From Sphingobacterium mizutaii (GTDB taxonomy: Bacteria; Bacteroidota; Bacteroidia; Sphingobacteriales; Sphingobacteriaceae): a stretch of DNA of 64,000 nt. The DNA lies in contig JBEBRZ010000003.1 in assembly GCA_040394615.1 (NCBI GenBank), positions 819-64,818 on the forward strand, given 5' to 3'. The notes beneath the pieces were generated by a model. It worked only from the letters and a program-made list of their open reading frames with translations, searched no databases and had not been told where the DNA came from. Shown here in pieces: positions 57,847 through 64,000 of this stretch (within the stretch, counting starts at the first letter, position 1; every line of letters begins with the position of its first letter). The translations under genes were made by a program, and so were the position numbers.

Positions 57847-58902
57847 ATGAGCCACGAAGCACTTTTCATGATCGGATTTATAGTTTTTATAATTCTGATG
57901 TTAGCAATTGATTTAGGTTTGTTTTCCAAAAATGACAAACCAGTATCATTAAAAGTTGCCGCTATTATGAGTGCCATCTGGGTAGCATTTGCACTACTCT
58001 TTGGATTGTTGCTTTATTATTGGGGTAATGAACTACACAATGTTCACGATATACCTCGATTAAAAGAGGTTGTGGCCAGTCACTTCCATAATATTACGAT
58101 TAATGAAAATGATCTGGCTGCCAGTTTACATTTATATAACAAGAATCTGACTCTGGAATATCTTACGGGTTATGTGGTTGAATATGCATTATCTGTGGAC
58201 AATATCTTTGTTATGGTTCTTTTATTCAGCTCATTTGGTATTCCTGAAAAATATTACCACAAAGTTTTGGTTTGGGGTATTCTAGGAGCGATCATCATGC
58301 GCTGTATCTTCATCTTCGTTGGAGCAGCTTTAATTACAAAATTCGGTTGGATTTTATATGTGTTTGGAGCATTTCTGGTATACACCGGATTCAATATGTA
58401 TATCAACCGTAACAAGGAGGAAGAAGTTGACCCGGAAAACCATCCTATCGTTAAATTCGCCTCCAAGTATTTTAAGGTAACACATAAACTAGATCAGGGA
58501 AGATTCTTTCATATAGAAAATGGTGTGAAATATATGACCCCTCTATTCTTAGTTTTATTGGTAATTGAGTTTACAGATTTAATATTTGCGGTCGATTCTA
58601 TTCCGGCTATTTTTTCAATAACTAAAGATCCATACATCGTATTCTTTTCGAATATCTTTGCTATCCTGGGTTTGAGATCTATGTTTTTCTTATTAATCAA
58701 TGTGATTCATAAATTCCATTATTTGAAAGTTGGATTGGCTTTCCTATTAATCTTTATCGGATTGAAAATGTTATTACATGACTATTTACATGATTTAGGT
58801 TTCACAACCACCCATTCTTTACTGGTCATTTTAGGAATACTCGTTATCAGTATTGTAGCTTCTTTGATCTTTCCAAAGAAACCGGATTTTGAAAAAACAT
58901 AA
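57847..58902 (+). CDS. TerC/Alx-family membrane protein
   Basis: EYALSVDNIFV, KVLVWGILGAIIMR, IEFTDLIFAVDSIPA, SNIFAILGLRS. Confidence 0.95.
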   Translation: MSHEALFMIGFIVFIILMLAIDLGLFSKNDKPVSLKVAAIMSAIWVAFALLFGLLLYYWGNELHNVHDIPRLKEVVASHFHNITINENDLAASLHLYNKNLTLEYLTGYVVEYALSVDNIFVMVLLFSSFGIPEKYYHKVLVWGILGAIIMRCIFIFVGAALITKFGWILYVFGAFLVYTGFNMYINRNKEEEVDPENHPIVKFASKYFKVTHKLDQGRFFHIENGVKYMTPLFLVLLVIEFTDLIFAVDSIPAIFSITKDPYIVFFSNIFAILGLRSMFFLLINVIHKFHYLKVGLAFLLIFIGLKMLLHDYLHDLGFTTTHSLLVILGILVISIVASLIFPKKPDFEKT

Positions 58903-58911
58903 AATGATATG

Positions 58912-58941
58912 AAGAGACCTAAATTAATGGTCTCTTTTTTT
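58912..58941 (+). terminator. Intrinsic terminator
   Basis: aagagacc - 9 nt - ggtctctt followed by a T tract. Confidence 0.8.
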
Positions 58942-59027
58942 GTTCTAAGATTTTTACAAAATCTAGTCTTATCCCCCATAATATTTTGATAAATTCGTAC
59001 ACGTTAAAAAAATCTAATAAAAAACAT

Positions 59028-60209
59028 ATGAATTGGAGTAAATCTATTCTAATGGCAGCTGCCTTTTTCGTAGCTACTCAAGTACAAGCTCAAGATAACC
59101 TAATAAACTCCCTCAAATCAAATGCTAGTGACAATAGCAAAGAAGGGTTTAAATTTACAGAAGTTATTAATCTAGGAAGAACTTCTATTAAGGATCAAGG
59201 CTCCTCAGGAACCTGCTGGTCTTATTCAGGAAATTCATTTTTGGAATCAGAAATGATTCGTATGGGCAAAGATCCTGTTGAGATATCACCAATCTTTACA
59301 GCCCGCAATACCTACGTAGAGAAAGCAAAGAACTTTGTTCGTTTACATGGTAAACAAGCTCAAGGTGATGGAGGTCAACTTCATGACGTGTTAACGATTT
59401 TCAGAAAATACGGCGCCGTACCTTACAATGTTTATACAGGTCTACCTGAGGGACAGACACGTAACAACTTCAGTGAAATGAGTCCTATTCTTCAATCCAT
59501 TACAGAAAGTGTTGCTAAAAGCAAAAAACCAACTGAAAACTGGATGAAAGCATTCACAGGAGCTATGGATTCTTATTTAGGAGAAGTTCCTGAATCTTTC
59601 GAATATAAAGGAAAAACCTATACTCCACGAACATTTGCAGACGAAGTGATTGGCATTAATCCAGATGATTATATTGGCATTTCATCATTTGATGAGCATG
59701 CTTATTACAAACCATTTGTATTATTAATCCCTGATAATTGGTCATTTGAAAGCTTTTATAATGTTAAGATCGATGATTTGACTTCGATTATTGACCATGC
59801 ATTGGAAAAAGGCTTCACTGTTGCTTGGGCAACAGACGTGTCAGAGAAGAGTTTTAGTTGGAAAAATGGTGTAGCATACGTTCCTGAGAAACCAATTGAG
59901 CAAATGACAAAAGAGGAAGTTGACCAATTATTCAACGGTCCTAAACCGGAGGCAAAAATCACAGCGGAAAAAAGACAAGCTTCATTTGACAATTATGAAA
60001 CTACTGATGACCACGGAATGCACATTGTAGGAACAGTAAAAGATCAAACCGGAAAAGAATATTATATCGTTAAAAACTCATGGGGAGCTTCTAATGATTA
60101 CCAAGGTTATATGTATGCAACAAAAGAATATGTCCGTTATAAAACGATATCTATCTTGCTCCACAAAAAAGCATTGGAACACAAAATGGCGAAACAACTA
60201 GGAATTTAA
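59028..60209 (+). CDS. Secreted papain-family cysteine aminopeptidase (aminopeptidase C, C1B-like)
   Basis: KDQGSSGTCWSYS (Cys), DDHGMHIVG (His), VKNSWG (Asn). Signal peptide from MNWSKS (59028; ORF track 58986). Confidence 0.92.
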   Translation: MNWSKSILMAAAFFVATQVQAQDNLINSLKSNASDNSKEGFKFTEVINLGRTSIKDQGSSGTCWSYSGNSFLESEMIRMGKDPVEISPIFTARNTYVEKAKNFVRLHGKQAQGDGGQLHDVLTIFRKYGAVPYNVYTGLPEGQTRNNFSEMSPILQSITESVAKSKKPTENWMKAFTGAMDSYLGEVPESFEYKGKTYTPRTFADEVIGINPDDYIGISSFDEHAYYKPFVLLIPDNWSFESFYNVKIDDLTSIIDHALEKGFTVAWATDVSEKSFSWKNGVAYVPEKPIEQMTKEEVDQLFNGPKPEAKITAEKRQASFDNYETTDDHGMHIVGTVKDQTGKEYYIVKNSWGASNDYQGYMYATKEYVRYKTISILLHKKALEHKMAKQLGI

Positions 60210-60218
60210 TCAAAACAT

Positions 60219-60263
60219 AAAAATCAAAAAAGTCCCGACTAAAAATCGGGACTTTTTGATTTT
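60219..60263. terminator. Intrinsic terminator
   Basis: aaaatcaaaaaagtcccga - ctaaaaa - tcgggactttttgatttt. Confidence 0.85.
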
Positions 60264-60314
60264 AATAATTAACTTAGTATTAAATATTATTTAAAAATAA
60301 AATAAACACTGATT

Positions 60315-61550
60315 ATGAAAAAGTTGATTTTATTGTTATTCACATTGCCTTTATTGGTTTTTGCACAAGAGAAGGGAATTTCCTTCGAGCATAACACGAC
60401 TTGGGCAAAAGTGAAAGAACAAGCAAAAGCAGAAAACAAATATATTTTTGTTGATGCATTTACCACATGGTGTGGTCCATGTAAATGGATGTCAGAGAAT
60501 GTATTTCCACAAGAAAAGGTCGGCACATTTTTCAACGAGAATTTTGTGAATCTTAAAATTCAAATGGATGAAACAGAAGGAGACAGTGAAGATGTTAAAT
60601 CATGGCGTGAAGAAGCTAAACGCTTTGCAAAAGACTATAAAATTGCAGCTTATCCTACTTTTTTAATTTTCAACCCAGACGGAGAATTAGTGCACCGTAT
60701 TGTTGGAGGAGGTGAACCTGATCAATTTATTGCATCTGCAAAAGAAGGCTTGGATCCGGACACTCAGTATGAGACATTGGTAAAGAAATTCCAGGCAAAT
60801 CCTACTGATAAAGAAATAGCAAAAGCAACAGCTGCCGCAGCGGTAAAAGCTTATGATAGAGATTTAACAGCTACTGCTATGGAAGCTTTAATCAATAATT
60901 CTACAACTGATGAATTATTGGCGGATGATATGATCTCATTGATTACTAAAAACATTGGTAAACCAGGCTCTAAAGCTTTTGAAGCAATCCTTGCGAATAA
61001 AGCTAAAGTAGATGAAAAATTAGGAGCAGGCAAAGCTGATCAGCTTTTAGGTGCCGCAATTATCAATACAGAAATTGCACCTGTTGTGATGAAATCAGAA
61101 ACAGATATTTTTGATAAAACTGTTGATGAGGTAAGTAAAAAATACCCGAATGTATCATTAACTAATCTTGTAGCAAGCTTCAAACCTAATTATTATGCGA
61201 GAAAACAAAACTGGCCTGCATTTAGAGATGCTGTAGATGCTTATATTAAACTTGATCCATCTAAAATTACTGCAAATCACCTTAATTCTTTTGCTTGGGC
61301 AATCTTTGAAAACTGTGATGATCCGGCTTGTGTAGAATCAGCATTAGCTTGGAGTAAAAAATCTTTAGAAGAAGCTCAAGACCCTGCATTAATTGATACT
61401 TACGCAAACTTATTACATAAGTTAGGTAAGACTAAAGAAGCTATAGAATGGCAAGAAAAAGCAATTGCAGCTGTTGGTGAAGATGGTAAAGCGGAGTATC
61501 AAGCTACCTTAGAAAAAATGAAAAAAGGAGAACCTACCTGGGTTAAATAA
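60315..61550 (+). CDS. Exported thioredoxin-fold protein with helical/TPR C-terminus
   Basis: Signal peptide, WCGPCKWM CxxC, YPTF cis-Pro motif, C-terminal LNSFAW..DTYANLL..KEAIEWQEKA TPR. Confidence 0.88.
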   Translation: MKKLILLLFTLPLLVFAQEKGISFEHNTTWAKVKEQAKAENKYIFVDAFTTWCGPCKWMSENVFPQEKVGTFFNENFVNLKIQMDETEGDSEDVKSWREEAKRFAKDYKIAAYPTFLIFNPDGELVHRIVGGGEPDQFIASAKEGLDPDTQYETLVKKFQANPTDKEIAKATAAAAVKAYDRDLTATAMEALINNSTTDELLADDMISLITKNIGKPGSKAFEAILANKAKVDEKLGAGKADQLLGAAIINTEIAPVVMKSETDIFDKTVDEVSKKYPNVSLTNLVASFKPNYYARKQNWPAFRDAVDAYIKLDPSKITANHLNSFAWAIFENCDDPACVESALAWSKKSLEEAQDPALIDTYANLLHKLGKTKEAIEWQEKAIAAVGEDGKAEYQATLEKMKKGEPTWVK

Positions 61551-61590
61551 AAAAATAATTGTTAGACAACCGATATTAAAGTTTGTCTAA

Positions 61591-61625
61591 AAAAGAGAGG
61601 CGTAGTAAAAAACTACGCCTCTTTG
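61591..61625. terminator. Bidirectional terminator between convergent genes
   Basis: agaggcgtagt / actacgcctct 11-bp stem. A second hairpin ttagacaa/ttgtctaa lies at 61562-61590. Confidence 0.85.
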
Positions 61626-61636
61626 CTTTAAAAAGA

Positions 61637-63787
61637 TTATTTCTTGATTTCTTTATATCCTAGGTTCATATTTTGAAACATGAACGACCATTTATCGGTT
61701 TGTTCAGCAATTACCATTGCTGTTGATTTACCTGCTCCATGTCCGGCTTTGGTATCTATCCTAATTAATACAGGGTTTGTACCTTTATTATATTCTTGCA
61801 ATCTTGCAGCAAATTTGAAGGAATGAGCTGGCACTACCCGATCATCATGATCTGCAGTGGTAACCATAGTTGCCGGGTAATCCGTTCCAGGCTGTAAAGC
61901 ATGGTAGGGAGAATATTTAAGTAAGTAATTAAACATTTCCTCACTATCGTCAGCAGTTCCATAATCAAATGACCAACCTGCTCCGGCAGTAAATTTATGA
62001 TAACGCAACATATCTAATACACCCACAGCGGGGAATGCCACTTTAAATAATTCAGGTCTTTGCGTCATACATGCTCCTACCAACAGCCCTCCATTGGATC
62101 CTCCCGAAATAGCTAATTTCTCCGATGAGGTATATTTTTCACTAATAAGGTATTCTGCAGCGGCAATAAAATCATCAAACACATTTTGCTTTTTTAATTT
62201 TGTCCCTGCTAAATGCCAGTTCTCCCCATACTCACCGCCTCCACGAAGATTCGCTACCGCATAAACTCCACCTTGTTCCAGTAGAATAACATTACTTACA
62301 CTAAAGGATGGTGTTAAGCTAATATTGAAACCTCCATAACCATATAACATCGTCGGATTTGTTCCATCTAATTTGATTCCTTTTTTATAGGTAATAATCA
62401 TCGGAATTTTAGTCCCATCCTTTGAATTATAAAAGACCTGTTTAGATTCGTATTTAGTAGGATCGAATTGCACTTCAGGTTTTCTGTAGATTTCGGAATT
62501 ACCGGACGCAATATCATATTTATAGATGGTCCCCGGGTTCACGTAGTTGGTAAAAGAGTAATATAATTCTTTATCCTCTTTTTTTGCTCCGAAACCTCCT
62601 GCAGATCCTATTCCTGGCAACTCAATCTCGTGTTCCAGTTTACCATTGCGATCATATTGCTTCACTTGTGATGTAGCATCTTTCAAATAATTAGCAAATA
62701 TTTTACCGCCACCTAACGAGGGACTCAGAACCTGTTCGGTTTCTTTAATCAAATCTTTCCAATTCTCAGGGCTTGGATTCGCAATATTTGTTTCTACAAT
62801 ACGACCATTGGGTGCATCAAGTTCAGTATAGATAATTAAACGGTCTCCATCATTATCTAAGATATAATGGTTTTTCTCCATATTGTTGACAACCGTAACG
62901 AAATCAGATTCCGGTTTAGAAAGATCTTTAATATACATTTCATTGCCAGAGGTGGAGTTGGCCGCAGAAACAATTAAGAATCGTTCGTCTTCTGTTAAAC
63001 CAGCACCAATATATCTCCTAGGTGTTTGGGAGCCTCCGAAAATGAGCTCATCTGAGCTTTGAGGCGTATTCAGCTTATGAAAAAATAATTTATGTTGGTC
63101 GGTCATGGCAGATAATGCAGAACCTTCTTTAGGTTTATCGTAAGAGCTATAATAGATTCCATCGTTACCTTGCCAAGACATTCCACTGAACTTTACATTT
63201 TGCAATGTATCCCCTACCTGAGATTTATCATCTGCTTTCAGTATAATTACTTTCGTCCAATCGGAACCACCTTCAGATATCTGATAAGCTACTAAAGAGC
63301 CGTCTTTGCTAAAAGATACGCCTGCCAGAGAGGTTGTACCATCAGAAGATAATTTATTGGGATCTAAAAAGACTTCTTCAGTTCCTTTCTCTCCTTTTTT
63401 CCGATAAAGGACACTTTGGTTTTGCAGTCCGTCATTTTTGTAAAAATAGATGAAATCCCCTTCCTTAAAAGGAGCAGAAACTTTTTCATAGTTCCAAAGG
63501 TGTTCAAGTCTTGTGCGGATGTTTTCGCGGAAAGGAATCTGACTTAGATAATCCTCAGTTACTTCATTTTCTGCTTTGACCCAATTTTTAGTGTTTTCCG
63601 CGAGATCGTCCTCTAACCATCTGTATGGATCTTCAACTGTTGTTCCGAAAAAGAGGTCTTTTTGATCAATTTTTTGTGTTTGTGGATATGGTTTCACGCT
63701 GATGTCTGATTTAGATTCAATCACTTTTTCTTGTTGACATGCCGTAAGGCACATGGCGAGCATGCCAAAGCTCAGATATTTCATCAT
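61637..63787 (-). CDS. Prolyl oligopeptidase (S9A), lipoprotein
   Basis: Lipobox LTAC, EDPYRWLE, YGYGGF, nucleophile GGSNGG, DHDDRV, AGHG. Confidence 0.97.
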   Translation of the reverse strand: MMKYLSFGMLAMCLTACQQEKVIESKSDISVKPYPQTQKIDQKDLFFGTTVEDPYRWLEDDLAENTKNWVKAENEVTEDYLSQIPFRENIRTRLEHLWNYEKVSAPFKEGDFIYFYKNDGLQNQSVLYRKKGEKGTEEVFLDPNKLSSDGTTSLAGVSFSKDGSLVAYQISEGGSDWTKVIILKADDKSQVGDTLQNVKFSGMSWQGNDGIYYSSYDKPKEGSALSAMTDQHKLFFHKLNTPQSSDELIFGGSQTPRRYIGAGLTEDERFLIVSAANSTSGNEMYIKDLSKPESDFVTVVNNMEKNHYILDNDGDRLIIYTELDAPNGRIVETNIANPSPENWKDLIKETEQVLSPSLGGGKIFANYLKDATSQVKQYDRNGKLEHEIELPGIGSAGGFGAKKEDKELYYSFTNYVNPGTIYKYDIASGNSEIYRKPEVQFDPTKYESKQVFYNSKDGTKIPMIITYKKGIKLDGTNPTMLYGYGGFNISLTPSFSVSNVILLEQGGVYAVANLRGGGEYGENWHLAGTKLKKQNVFDDFIAAAEYLISEKYTSSEKLAISGGSNGGLLVGACMTQRPELFKVAFPAVGVLDMLRYHKFTAGAGWSFDYGTADDSEEMFNYLLKYSPYHALQPGTDYPATMVTTADHDDRVVPAHSFKFAARLQEYNKGTNPVLIRIDTKAGHGAGKSTAMVIAEQTDKWSFMFQNMNLGYKEIKK

Positions 63788-63810
63788 AATATTTTACAAT
63801 TAGTTCATAA

Positions 63811-63818
63811 CAAAACTA
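63811..63818 (-). promoter_or_regulatory. -7 box (TAGTTTTG) for prolyl oligopeptidase
   Basis: caaaacta on the plus strand reads TAGTTTTG on the minus strand, 23 bp upstream of the ATG. Confidence 0.6.
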
Positions 63819-63884
63819 ACAAATAATTTGCTCAAAAAAATCCTAATACGGTTCCATATATTAACCGACGGTCAAAATTCACCA

Positions 63885-64000
63885 AATATGTTCGGTTCTT
63901 GATTTTACGTAATTATAATAGTAGTTTTGGCTCGAATGAACCCACGCAACAAAATATATTTTGCATCAGATTTTCACTTGGGTTCCTATCCTTCAGAGCA
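63885..64000 (+). ncRNA. ssrS: Probable 6S RNA (6S-Flavo-like), truncated by the window edge
   Basis: Non-coding. 5' ATGTTCGGTTCTTG, an unpaired AU-rich stretch, then a long interrupted stem: GCTC-GAA pairs with TTC-A-GAGC, and GAACCCA (63938-44) pairs with TGGGTTC (63979-85). Resemblance to 6S-Flavo is from memory, and the strand is inferred. Confidence 0.55.

Noticed and set aside
57843-57847. yybP-ykoY (Mn) riboswitch upstream of terC
   Set aside because: There are only 3 bp between ispB and terC, leaving no leader.
22663-58986. ORF-track upstream starts at 22663, 28940, 44834, 47916 and 58986
   Set aside because: They overlap promoter boxes or add non-signal-like N-terminal extensions. 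Downstream ATGs give proper N-termini, so I used those.
952-63787. Numerous 60-134 aa ORFs overlapping larger genes (e.g. 952-1296, 10785-11168, 39064-39468, 53787-54113)
   Set aside because: They are antisense or off-frame shadows of well-supported CDSs and have no recognisable motifs.
1-64000. IS elements, integrases, defence systems, tRNA or rRNA genes
   Set aside because: No transposase, recombinase, nuclease or toxin motifs appear among the ORFs, and I saw no tRNA or rRNA signatures in the intergenic gaps by eye. A tRNAscan-SE or Infernal run would be needed to be sure.

Overview
AT-rich Bacteroidota chromosome segment, most likely Sphingobacteriaceae (inferred from gene content and recurring TAnnTTTG -7 promoter boxes; not confirmed by a search). 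1-24.5 kb is a glycan-utilisation region: LacI regulator, GH92, GH95, an HGSNAT/NagX-like membrane acetyltransferase, a ROK regulator, susC/susD, two GH29s, an atypical Asp-box sialidase-like protein and a GH3. The housekeeping pair rpsO-pnp and a collagen-like lipoprotein gene sit inside it. 24.5-42.5 kb is core metabolism: ruvA, maeB, dacB, aminopeptidase P, fRMsr, a WD40 gene, hisC-B-H-A-F-IE without hisG/hisD, rnz, STAS, purC, phoH and a DUF62 gene. 42.5-43 kb is an unexplained repeat-rich spacer. 43-64 kb is mostly envelope and protein-quality genes: an LVIVD lipoprotein plus small beta-barrel pair, an ABC exporter, ccmBCD, a FadL-like barrel-lptC-PPIase cluster, DUF genes, a polyprenyl synthase, terC and peptidases. 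A probable 6S RNA is cut by the right edge. I found no transposase, integrase, phage gene, CRISPR array, tRNA or rRNA, and no clearly new multi-gene system. The best leads are the 11-bp-phased G-rich repeat spacer (42.7 kb), a STAS protein with Glu at its phospho-Ser position, the LVIVD/barrel pair, the collagen-like lipoprotein, the non-canonical sialidase-like and DUF62 active sites, and the candidate ROK and LacI operators. All family calls are by motif recognition from memory, without database searches.
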